64,000 bases of DNA. It comes from Anthoceros angustus (lineage: Eukaryota > Plantae > Anthocerotophyta). How positions within the stretch are numbered: the first letter of the stretch is position 1; every line of letters starts with the position of its first letter. The stretch covers positions 124,001 to 188,000 of the forward strand of contig VJWM01000253.1 of NCBI GenBank assembly GCA_010909165.1. Direction: 5' to 3'. Positions 47,201 through 58,680 of this stretch are shown one piece after another. The position numbers and the translations under genes are program-made. The notes below the pieces were generated by a model, which searched no databases, was not told the DNA's origin, and worked only from the letters and a program-made list of their open reading frames with translations.

Positions 47201-49620
47201 TGCACACCGGATACCGCAATACAAGCTAAATCCAAAGTATTCTGAAGGTAAAGGAACAATTGAGCTCACTGACGCTATATATCCTATTGTGACATCGGAG
47301 TGGGTAGCCCCAATTGTGGTGGTTCCCAAAAGCGTAAGGGAAGATACGGTCCGCCAGATTGGAGGAAGTTAAACAAGGTGACCAAAAAGACCATTACCCG
47401 CTTCCATTCATAGACAACAATCGGACTTAGTTGCGGAGAATGGTCTACCTGCTTCTCGGATGGGTATTCTATTACATCTCGTGGAGAGTGATTGGCCCCC
47501 AATGCCTTCACTATGATCGGGAACCTATGCCTACAAACGGAGTGCGCGATTAACAGGGCACCGTGATCCTTCATGCGGTTGTCAAGATTTTCAAGGAATA
47601 CCTTAGGGACTTCATGGAGGTCTTCCGGATGACTTCGTGTTTGAAAAGATCACCTCAACCACCTTCGCAAATGTCCGAACGGTGTCAATGCACAATTGTG
47701 TCTACATCCCGAGAATGTTATTTCGGCATGCCGAGGGTATTTTGTTGGGGCACCGTGACGGCTGGGGATAGAGGTCGAGGATAAGGTCAAAATCATTACC
47801 GCCTCAAGCCACCTACCACCAAGGAGCTTAGGGATTCCTCGGAATGGTAGGCTATTATCAAGGTTTGTGAAGAATTTCTCCGTAAGGCCCGCTACGTAAT
47901 CGCGCAAGGACCGGAGTGGAATGGACGCAAAACGAGAGGAGGCCTTCAATGATCTTCGCACCACCCTCGATCACCCACGCCGCGGGGCCGATCGAGCAAG
48001 AAGTTCCACGTGTTTGTAGACGTTCCTATGCAATCGGTACCATTCTAAGCCAAAGGGATGACAAGAAGCACGATTATCCAATCTATTATGCAGGAGGCGA
48101 ACGACGCAGAAGAAGTATACCACCACCGAGAGGAGGCGCTAGGGATGGTGTACTCGGTTCGCAAGTTCCACTATTTGCTATCCTACGAGTCTTCCATGTG
48201 GACCACTTCGCCTCAAACACCGTAAACAAACCGACGTCTGACGCATAGCAAGATGGATCCTACTCCCGCAAGAATTCACGCTCACGGTGGAGACCAGAGG
48301 AGGGAGTAAACATGTGAATGCATTACATTTCGAGGTCGAAAGAGGAGGTTACACAGACCAAAACGACGATTTTCCCGATGAAGCTGTCATGCGAGTTAGA
48401 GGGGAAGGCACGGCCAACCATAAGGCGAGGGTAAATGGTGGCTCGGCAGAAATGAGAAGGGAGAACGGGATACACAAGGCCCACTCACGAGGAGATGATG
48501 GAATTCGGAACGGGAAAATACCACCGGATCTTTCAAACCCCAGGGCAGGCACTATTCGCGTCGCTTGTACGACGAAAGACAATCAGACATCGGGACCGGA
48601 TGGACAAAGTTATGGGTAACAAGGAGCAAAGTTATCCGAAAATACGAGATGCACGAGGGGAAGCGAGGACATTTTGCCGCACATATCACGCAAGAAGGTG
48701 CTTGAAACGGGTATCGGTGGCAAACCATGCATCGTGATGCTAGGAGTTTGTTAAACGCGATGCTCGAGGGTTGGGAAACCGTCCGCAACCACTCAATGGC
48801 CAATGGTTCCATATGGCGCCATTCGAGAAATGGGGAATAGACTTTGTTGGTCCCATACCAAAAACGAGGACGCGATAAAAATACATCCTCGTCGACTATT
48901 GCACGCGATGGTGGAAGCCCAAGCACTGTAGACACACTCATGTAGTGGCTGTGTTCCTCTATGAATGATTATCACCGATATGGTGTCCTTGGAGCTTGTC
49001 GGCGAGGGTCACATTTCCAACGGTTATATCTCATATGACGATCTCTACTTCAACGCTCGCCACAGAAAACGACTCCTTATAATCCCAAGGCAAATGGCTT
49101 AACGGAAAAGGCGAATGGGCTTGTGCAGATCCTCAACAAGCTAACGGTGGAATACGCGACGATCGGGATCTTAAGCTTCACTCGCCCGGGCATACAGGAT
49201 CGCAGAGAAAATAACAACGCAACAAACACCGCATTACCTCACACGGCCATTCTCCCAGAATGCCTATTGAGTTTGAAATTCCCACCGCGATCAGAAACTA
49301 ACCGCATGGCGAGAGGAAAGTCACCGAACGCCTGGTCGCTTCGCTAAACATACAGAGGATAGGCTGAGCGTCATGCGATATTCAAAGGAAAATATGGCAT
49401 GACAAGGTTATGGAAGCAAGAGTGGGTAGTTCCGTGACTTGGCCTCGTCAGACGACAGGTACATGCACTTCGCAAGCTCCACCTTCGATGGATGGGGCCA
49501 TATAGGTTCTCAAGTCTTCAAATGGCTCAAGACAACCGCAAGAACTAGGTGACCTCCACCACCACCCGAGTCAATGGGTGGAGGGTCAAGAAGTATTATA
49601 CTAAGTTGGCGGACGCCAAC
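44210..49620 (+). pseudogene. Gypsy gag-pol (Gag, knuckle, PR, RT, RH, INT), heavily frameshifted
   Basis: GHEDPDEFVERFE; CYNC; IYPIVTSEWVAPIVVVPK; KVTKKDHYPLPFI; FKEYLRDFMEVF; AIGTILSQRDDKKHDYPIYYA...YTTTEREAL; PFEKWGIDFVGPI; LRWMGPY. Order RT-RH-INT. Confidence 0.9.
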
Positions 49621-52600
49621 AAATGAGAAGGGAGTATGTAAACGATCTATCCGACTTGGAAACCCTGAAATGTGCTCAAGTTTTTTTTTGTTTTTTGGAG
49701 TGTGAAAATAAGTCGGGTTGGTAGTAGGGGGTATTTATAGAAAAATGTCCTTGGCCTATGGAGTTCTTTTCTTGTTTTATTGCCTAGGTTAGAAAATAAA
49801 TGGTCCGGAATTTGGTGTTCCTTGGCCCATGGACTCGAATGTTCCCTAAAAAGTCTATATATGTGAGATAGGGGGTTTGGAATAATTAGAGTAGGAGGGG
49901 TCGAGACGCCGAATGAATGAGTGTGGGGTTGTGGATTGGGATGTGGAAAGCGGTCGAGAGGTAACAGAGTAGGGGAACCCGGGAAACTTAACCCTAGGAA
50001 TGTGAATCCCGCTCAAACAACGGAGCGCAACGGCGGGCCGGACGGGAGCGAGCGGAGCGCGACGACGGGCAAGCGCGACGAAGTCGAGGAGCCGGTCCGG
50101 GGCACCGTGATGGAGGGGCGCGAGGCGCAACGAAAGGAGCTCAACCCGCCGATATCGCGAGGCGCGACGCAGAGGAGGAAGGCGCGATGCAGCGCGCCTT
50201 GCCGAGGAGGAGGAACCGAGACCGACCCCCGTGAAATTCGCAGCGAGGTGGCGGTGGCGCGAGACCGTGAAGACCGTGAGAGGGATGGCGCCAAGGTCAC
50301 CACCAAATTGTGCTTGCCCAATGGCCGAACATGGATCATTGGAAAGTTCGAGGAGTGGTGAAGGAGTCAAGCCGGGTTTCATGGAAGAGCGGTGGAATTA
50401 CATGAACTCGACGGTGCGGAGTGTGCGCCACACGGGACAACAGCAAAGGGGATTTAGAGCGGCCGCAGGATTGGGACCGGAGTTAGAAGGGTGCGGGCGA
50501 AGCAAGGAGGAGGCGGGCGGTTGGTGATGGAGCCGCCAGAAAAGAAGCACGGCAAGAAGAGCACCGCCCGTTAAAGCGGGCGAATTGCGAACCCAACGGC
50601 CGTTGACGAGGGATTTGGCAACAACTTGATGGGTCCGCCGGTGGCTCCTATGTTTCGCAGACAAGAAGTGGATTATTTGTCCGACCACTTCTGCCTTCAT
50701 GAAGTGGTCAAGAAGATCGATTAGCGAATTCTCTTCGACAAGTTGTGTGTGAAGAGAGGTTGAACTTGATTTCCTCCGCCTCGGCCTCTCTAATCTCACC
50801 ATTTCGTCCATCTTTATGTTTACGCTAACTGCCTGAGGTGGAGATTGTAGCCTCCTCCACATGTGGAAGCCGGTTAGGGAGGTGAAATGGAAGGCGGAGG
50901 AGCCCAAGGAGGAAAAATCGATAGCCGGGAGTCGGCAGTGCCTGGAGGAGGAGAAGGAAATTCCCACCAAGAAAAGGAGGAAGACCGGGGTGAAAGGCGG
51001 CATCAAAAAGGTGAAGGATGCGCCACTGTGTCAAAAACGCACCAAGGCCACAGAAAATGAAAGCCAAACGGCAGCTTGAGGTGGCGTAAGAGGAGGCGCG
51101 ATCCGAGGACAATTTTCGATGCGATGATGAATCAACTCCGAGGGTTTAGGGTCGACCTCGAGGCGGACCCTCCTCAAAGATGGGAAGAGATTTTCAAGGG
51201 GACCCCACCGCTGAGAGGTGGATGCAACAATTGGTGAGGCGCACCGCCACAACAAGTGGACTTGCGTGAGCCGACCACGCCGTGATCCGGGCCCAAGCGC
51301 ATTTGTTGGATCTTTAGCTCTCACCGGCTCAAGGTGCAGGGCGACGGAGGAAGTGGTGAAGGCCAGTTTGACGAAGAGGAGGCCAAGCGCAAGCAACTGG
51401 AGGAAGACAAGCGGAACTAGAGGAAATAAGGGCCAAGATTCAAGAAGATTTGTGCAGGCCTGTGAGAAGTTGCAAGCCATGACGAGCCGCAGGAAGCACT
51501 CATGGCTCAAATTAAGGATGCCCACAGACGAACCAGAGATGCAGGGGAGTTGTTGAGCCCGTGAGGAAGCGGCCTCGGTGGAAAAGGCCCATAAGCGGAG
51601 CGATATAAGCGGAGCGGATGAGGCACGCACGGGCCGTAAAAGACAAAGGGAAGGCAGCGGTGACCACGATCGAGTAGCGGAAGGGCCTACCGAAGGAAGG
51701 AAAGAACCGAGGTAGCCGAAACCTCACCTACCGCGGTAACGAACGACGCCGGAGTCCACCACCAGGTAGTCGAAACCGCACCGACATTGGCGCAACCAAC
51801 CCAAGGCGGGGCGGCGGTGGTGCGACGTGGCGCCTCGCGAGGACATAGGCCGTGCAACTGTGTAGCCTACGAGGAGGGGGTAAGCACCTCACCGCAGGGG
51901 GTCCTATTATTACCACACATGGATGAGGAAACTTATGTGCCCGGTCTATATGTGAATGGAGAACGCGGCTTAACCTCACCGCCCATGTGCGTGGAAATAG
52001 GAGGGATGTGGCCTACCATCGCAAGTGAGGACCCGGTGCATACTTCTACCACCGCGCCTGGGGGTTGGCTCCTATTATGCGGAGGCGACTTTGGAGGAGT
52101 TGAGCGAGGAGGAGGTCGCTTGGGTGGACGAGGAACCAATAATCCTCAATAGGCGGCCGGAAGATGCGAAGCCAGGTGGTACACCTCAAATTCACGCCCA
52201 GCAGGATGTGAGGTGGAAGTAGTGTGGGAGAACCCGTCCACCAGCGGCAAGGAGAGCTCGTGGCGAATGGAGGACGAGGGGCCGACGGCCGAGGTAGGGC
52301 GCAGAGAAGCGAGGGTGAGGTAGCAACCTAAAGATAATTTAGATGCCGCACCGACCTAGGATCGCCCGAATTGTGGGCGGCCTTCGCGATAGCCATCTTA
52401 GGACCTAAAAATCCGGTGGTGCCCCAGATGTATAAGAGGGGCGAATTAGGTCCCTCACGATAACTCGTTGAGATCCCCACGCCTGGTTGGAGACGTCCGT
52501 GATGAGGTGGTGTGCGCGAGACGCCCTAGGGGTGGTCGAGAGCTTGCCCGCACTGGGGAGGAGGGGTGATAAAGCAATCTTGCCGACAAAGGAGGAGGAA

Positions 52601-53319
52601 ACCAAGGGATTGGCGCGGGTCCGGAGCTTGCTCGTAACGCGACGCCTGGGGTTCTTCTTTCCTTCACACTTGTCCTTAGTTGTGTTCAAAGCGAGAGTGT
52701 TGAGTGGATGGTTGGAAGCGGCGATTGAGGGAGAGAGAGAGAGGAGAAGATTGGGTGAAGGAGTGACTAAACATCACGCTGGCGCGAGCAGGTGTGAGAG
52801 GAGTTGAGAAGGGAACTAATTGAGAGACTAGCAAGGGAGATTTGTGTGAATCCAAAAGAAACCAAACCGGTTGGTGGAAGCATGGGGGGAACAACGCTGT
52901 AAAGTGAGTGTGCGCCTGTGTGTGTGTGGAGCGTGAGGGATTTGTGGAATTAGGTCCCTAGGAATCGTGTGTGCATGAAGTGTGGAGTAAAAGCCGATCA
53001 GGGTGGACGCCGTGGGATCCGCGCCGTGGCGCCCGGAAATAAGTCGCTAGGGTTTGGTGGGACCCACCTCGTGGTCAAGCAACTACCCAGAGAGCCACCG
53101 CGGTCGTGGAATAAGAGGCGGTCGTGGAATAAGAGTAGCTAGAGTCGGGGGTAGTAGTGGTTGAGTAGATAGGGAGGAGTAAGTCAAGTCGACTTAGGTG
53201 AAGGTCAGAAGAGCGCCTCGGCACAAACCATTCCCTTTGGGAGCGAATCCAAGCCTACAACGACATTGAGGGCGAATGTGGACTCACTGTCCTCGACACA
53301 AATCCACACCCACATGCTC

Positions 53320-55821
53320 CCCCGCGCTTGTAAACCTATCAGGCGAGAGGACCAGAGCTATCTGGTCCTCCATCTCACCCCTAGTGCGTGCTATAGCCGA
53401 GACCCTTGTGGTGATGTTAGGCCCCAAACTCATCGATGGGTTCCTCCTTCCTATCTCGGGCGAATCGACTCTCCCGCGACTACTCGGTAGAGCATTGAGG
53501 TCACCCCTGAACAGTAGTGACTTTCTCGGATCACGCCGTGCCCAAGGGGTTGGGCCGATTCCTCCTGACTGTGGTTTCTCGCCACTGCTCGCTGGACCTG
53601 TGCCCGCCTTCCTTGTCCTGCTTCGGCCTGTGTGAGCCCCTGCCTGTGGCTCTAGGCGGGTTGGAGTCTCTGCTCACCCGACCTCTCTTGGTTCCCAGTC
53701 TTTAGCAACTCCTGCTTTAGCAACCGCAACAAACCTTAGTAACCCGCCACATTCCTCATGGACACTTCACTTCTCATCTTCACTCCCACACCGGAGATGG
53801 CCTCTTCCTCCCACTCTCTTTGGGCTTCCTTCTTTTCAACACCGCCTGTGCATGGAAGGTCGAGACCATCTCTATCCCTCCAAAGAATCCTGGCATGGTC
53901 AAAACGTGATTAAGTAAGGAGAGATAGAGCTAAGGATGGATGGTAGGGGTGGTCCTCTCCTCGCAAGCCGTGGTCATAGGAACATCCTCGGCCCAATCTA
54001 TCTTGACCCTCTCACCACTTCGTAGAGAAAGACAAGAAAATGGTCAAGAATGTGCTCTAGCTTCTTAGTGAGCTGAGAGCACAGGATCCACTTGGCTAAT
54101 CCAGCCAGCTTAGGGTCTAACTTGTTGGTGACCCAGCCATTCTCCACTCTAGACAATGTGGGAGCAATGGCACCTGTGCCTCTGCAATTTTTGGGGAGAT
54201 GGCTTTCCGAAGGATCAATGATTATTCCGCCACATTCTCTTCAGTCTCCATAGATGTACCGAACAATGAATATTCCACCAAGGGGTTGGTTCTCGTGTTG
54301 CCTTCCGTAGCCTCTCCCTCATGTGTCCCGCACATTCCCGAACCAACTCGCCACCGTAAGACCACTTTTGTCCATGAAGGACAAGTGATGCTTTAGCCAC
54401 CATGAACCTGCCACTTCCGTTCCCATGTTGGGCCATCGGATGCTGGTAATGGCCTCAATGGCCACCGTGAGTGTTCTTCTTAGGCCCCATGCTCCTTGTC
54501 CCGTGACGCGAGCCCAGAGTTTACAGAGCAAAATCCCGGCCACACCGCCACGCCCCTCGCACTCCATCTCCACAAGCAAGGTGGAGTGCCCCTGATCATT
54601 TTGCTCCGCCGAATCCATCAATCTCCTCCCCACATACAAATGCTGCCTCGCTGTCCGCCGGCTTGGTATCTCGTGTCCCCACGACTGGAGAGCGCGCGAC
54701 TACCCATGGTGTCCAATTGATTCCACCCCGCAATGCCCTATTTTCTATGGCCCGATCTCAGTACTCCGACACCACCCTGGAATTGGAACCCTATTCCAAT
54801 CCCCCTGCCTCACAACATGCCGCCCGCCTCCCGCCAAGCTTCTACCTTCTTCCGACCTCAACATGTGAGGTCCGGGGTGTATCCTGCAACTACTTGCTAG
54901 ATACGACTTCGGTGCGCTCTGCCTCACCCTTTATCCAGAGCCTTCCTTAGGTGCGTACACCAATTTGCACACACTACTCGCACGCCCACCTCTTTCCCGC
55001 TGTACCCGCGTCCTTACTTACGCCCCATCTGATCCACCCCGCCTCCTCAATTTCTTGCGGTATGCCTGCCGTGACTGAGCCGCCTGCCTGTGAGCCGCCG
55101 GCCCGATTGTTCCACACCCGCTATTGGGCAGACTTTACACGCGCCTAACCCGCGAGCCCGATTGCCGCCATGCCGCTGCCTCTGAGCTTCTCACCAATCC
55201 TTCGCTCCGCTGACCTCCCCTCTATGCCGTAGCCCCAGGATCACACCCGACTCAAGACACTGACCTTCTACCCCGCTTCCACCGCCCGCCCCCTGGACCC
55301 CGCCACTCCAACCTCGACCTGCTCACTGCACCGATGCTCATATTTGTGCCACCGCCTTTGGGCCCTCGCATTCGCTTCCGCCTCCGGGCTCACTTACGCC
55401 CGAGCTTGAGGCGCTGCGCCTGCCTACCGCTCGGGTTTATCGCAATTATTCCTCCTCGTCATTGACTTAATTGCTACTTAGGACCCCGCCCAAGCATTCG
55501 CTCAATATTTTCCAATGATTTTCGTCAATGACTAATTTATCGGAAAATAACTCCGACTTGGTTGCTTCCATAGCAACAGTTCTCAGTCTGTCCCATAGCA
55601 ACAGTCCTGCTAGCAACGCCCTAGCATCCGCTAGCAACCCCGAGCGCCCAACCTCCAAGGTTCTCGTCTGTGTCGACTAGACTCTTCCTCCTACTAGGCT
55701 CTAGTAGACTTTTCTTATTTCCTAACCTACTTCACATTCCAACTCCACACGATTCTCACAACTTAAACACAAAAACAAAAACACCTTTTCGAGGGGTCTC
55801 GAGTACCCATGTGGTCACCAC
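53320..55821 (-). mobile_element. LTR family A-prime fragment: same first about 300 bp as LTR-A, then a decayed homolog of the LTR ORF
   Basis: 55520-55821 is the reverse complement of 33005-33300. Minus strand 54066-53985 reads KKLEHILDHFLVFLYEVVRG-KIDWAE. The left boundary is uncertain. Confidence 0.6.
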
Positions 55822-56339
55822 ATCATGGTACCAAGCAGATCAACCCACGACGGCACGACGCCACGAGCCCCATAGACCAAGAGGGAGGCGAAGAGGAAGA
55901 CGGCCCCACCACTACGGCCCCCCAGATCGCCTCGGCCCGCCTTGCCAACCCGGGAGTAAGGAGGCAGGAAACCTATGTGAGAAGAGCGTAATCTGGGATG
56001 CGCCTGTTGGAGGACACCGGGCAAGAACCCCACCCCGAGCCCGCCCTATCATCGCCGATCAGAGGGGAAAGCAGCCACCCCTGACTTTCACCGCCTCCCG
56101 GACCCCAAACGGGCGGGCAAGGAGAAGGAGCCAGCGCTGCGGGCCAAGTTGAGGTAGAGGCCCCATCAGCTAGCCGACCTAAGGGTCCTGATTGGGTCCG
56201 GAGTCCCTAGTTTGGCCTCTCGATCACCATGGTCCGCGGTTTAATACGAGATACCCGCACTACCAACGGACTTTCACGGGACTCAAAGAATGCCGCGGTG
56301 GAAGAGACACGGTGGAGCCCACGCTGACGGTGTGTTTTG

Positions 56340-57340
56340 GGGCTCAGAACTGCAGAGAAAGCCCAGGAAGTGGAGGCCACCGTAAGGAGAATGGTGGAGC
56401 CAGAGCTGGGGCGGAGGCGGCCCAAGCGGCCAGGAGAAAGGCGGAGACCCTCGCTAGGGTTGGCGAGGAGAAGCGATTGACGCAGCCTGAGGCCAGTCCG
56501 CTCATCAGATAGAAGGTGTGGTGCTTCACCTGTGGTGAATAACAAGCGTAGAGCCAAGGTGCAAGCAAAGGCAGAGGACCTTTGTAGGAGGAGGGGAGCG
56601 GCCCAAGAGGAGGCAGAGGAGGCAAGAAGGCAGGGGGAGAGGGCCAAGGACCTGGCCGAAACCGCTGACAGAGCGCACTCAAGCCCGGAGGCATGTGAAG
56701 GGGGCGTGAGGCGAGGCCTTGGCCAAGATGACACGTGGACAACTACTGCAAGACTTCGAACCGTGGAGGGAGGCGGCGGGAGTAGCCACGGCCAATTTGA
56801 AGGCAGAGCAGGCAGCGGCAGAGTAGGCACGGGTAATCCATGAAGAGGAGAGGGAGGCCAGCACCAGAGAGATGGGGGACCTCTAGGCACAGCTGTAGGG
56901 TGTGGAGGAACGGCGCCAAGAGTCGGAAGACCGGAAAGAGACCCTGGAGCTACAGCTCCAGGTAATGGAGGAGCGCAACGGAATTCTCCAAGGGAGAACC
57001 GCGGACCACGAGCGGGAGATAGAGCGGCTCCAGCTCTGTTGGAGGGCGGAGGAAAGTCGGCGGCGAAATAAGGAGCAGGACATCGCCGAGTTGGAGAAGG
57101 ACTTGGAGGAGCGAGCCGGAGCGGAGTCACCGGAAAGAGATATGAGCCTCCGGCAAGGATGGACGGGAGAGAGAGCCCGAGGAAGAGCGTGGTTGCTTGG
57201 TCCGAAGGGAAGGCGGCGGGGAACGGCCGGGCCATGGCTGCATGTTGGCCGAGCCACAGAGATGCCGGGAGGAGGAGCGGAGCAGCAGCAGAGGTCAGTA
57301 GTGGCGAGGCGGCCTTGGCAGCCTCGAGGGACTTAGCTTA
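56340..57340 (+). pseudogene. Frameshifted Glu/Arg-rich coiled-coil ORF, probably TE-associated
   Basis: AEAAQAARRKAETLARVGEEKRL, KAEDLCRRRGAAQEEAEEARRQ and LELQLQVMEERNGILQGRTADHEREIERLQ...KEQDIAELEKDLEER occur in successive frames. Confidence 0.4.
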
Positions 57341-57714
57341 TCCGACCGGGATCATGGATCTTTGGCGAGACAAAAAGAAAACCCGACACGCCACCGCTGA
57401 GAACCGGAGGCGTGAATATCGGGTGCCTGTGCCCATGTGGAGGAGGCCCATTCAACAGTCGACTCACCGCCCACATCATGCGGGCCCTCAAGGCGGTGGA
57501 GATCGTGCCCCACACCCGGCTGTGATTGAAGGGCCACCTGAAGAGTTGGAAGGAGGAGAGAGAGACGAGGGCCTAGGAGAAAGTGCCACAAGAACTTTGG
57601 GGCGCCTGCTCGGACGAGAGCAAGAACGAGGGAAGGGAGCGCCTGACGAGGGATGGACGGACACCACCCCGACAAGAGGTAAGTCCGTCACAACCACAAG
57701 GGAGGAAGGAGAGG

Positions 57715-58680
57715 GGTGGAGTGTGAACTGTGTCTAGAGACACCGTGAGGTCCACATTCACCCTCAATGTCAAGTTGTAGTCCTAGGATTCGCCTCCTAA
57801 GGGAAATGGTTTGTGCCAAGAGACGCTAACTTCTATCACTACCCGACCTTTGCCTAAATCAGTGACTCACCATTACCCTCTTACCCATCTACTCAACTCG
57901 CTACTACCTCCCCGACTTGTCCAACTACCACCGATCTATTCCCCACCATGCATCTTATTCCACAACCCCGCTCCCCGAGCTACTACCACGGTGGCTTCAC
58001 CACTACCTGGTAGTTGACTACCAAGGTGGGTCCCACGCCAAACCCTAGCGATTATTTCCGCGACGGCGACATGGATCTCGCCATCAAGGCTACCACCGGC
58101 CATGCATCGACTTTATTTTGCACTCCACACTTCATGCACACACCGATTCATAGGGACCAAAGTTCCTAGGATCCCTCACAACCACTCTCTCACACACACA
58201 AAGGGCGCCACCACACAATTCCACAAGGAATGCCGCTTTCCTTAGCACTTCTACCAACAAAGACCGTTTGATTCCTCTTGATCTACACAACTCCACCTGC
58301 TAGTTTCTCAATTAGCTCTTCTTCTCAACTCCTTCACACTCGTGATCGCTGCATAAAGTGTTCACTACCCTTCACCCAATCTTCTCTCTCTCTCTCTCGA
58401 TTCGACCTGTGCTTCCACCCACACACACACACACGACTCAACACGAACACAATGTGAAAAGGGTGAGGAAAGAAGAATTCAAGGCCACAGCCAAGGGCAG
58501 AGCAAGCTCTGCACTCCGCTTATCCTCGATTTCCTCCTCCTCCTTGTCACGAGGAACGCCTATCACCCCTCCCACCGGGTTGCGAGCAATGGAGCAAGCC
58601 TCACCACCCTGGAGCGCCTCGCCGCACACCACCTCCTCAATTGGATCGCCTCCAACCACCCACAAGCAGCTGGGGGATAC
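57715..58680 (-). mobile_element. Diverged distal about 1-kb part of an LTR-B-like repeat
   Basis: Reverse complement similarity to about 42960-43853, including GACATTGAGGGTGAATGTGGACCTCACGGTGTC. Confidence 0.75.

Larger units (their letters stand above)
40106..53314 (+). mobile_element. Full-length non-chromovirus Ty3/gypsy element (Athila/Phygy/Selgy-like), about 13.2 kb, with about 3.7-kb LTRs
   Basis: Direct repeats 40106-43853 and 49637-53314. PBS TGGCGCC(--)TGCCGGG at 43857 (tRNA-Asp type, as in Athila). Purine tract GAGAAGGGAG at 49625-49634. TGCTC flanks at 40101-40105 and 53315-53319. Confidence 0.85.

Noticed and set aside
55822-55835. TGGTACCAAGC read as a tRNA-Met PBS after a plus-strand LTR
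   Set aside because: The adjacent sequence is the reverse complement of the LTR-A 5' start (TGTGGTGACC), so the LTR is on the minus strand and this is only flanking sequence.
56207-57235. 342-aa Pro/Ser/Leu-rich minus-strand ORF
   Set aside because: Antisense of the purine-rich coiled-coil region on the plus strand; low complexity.
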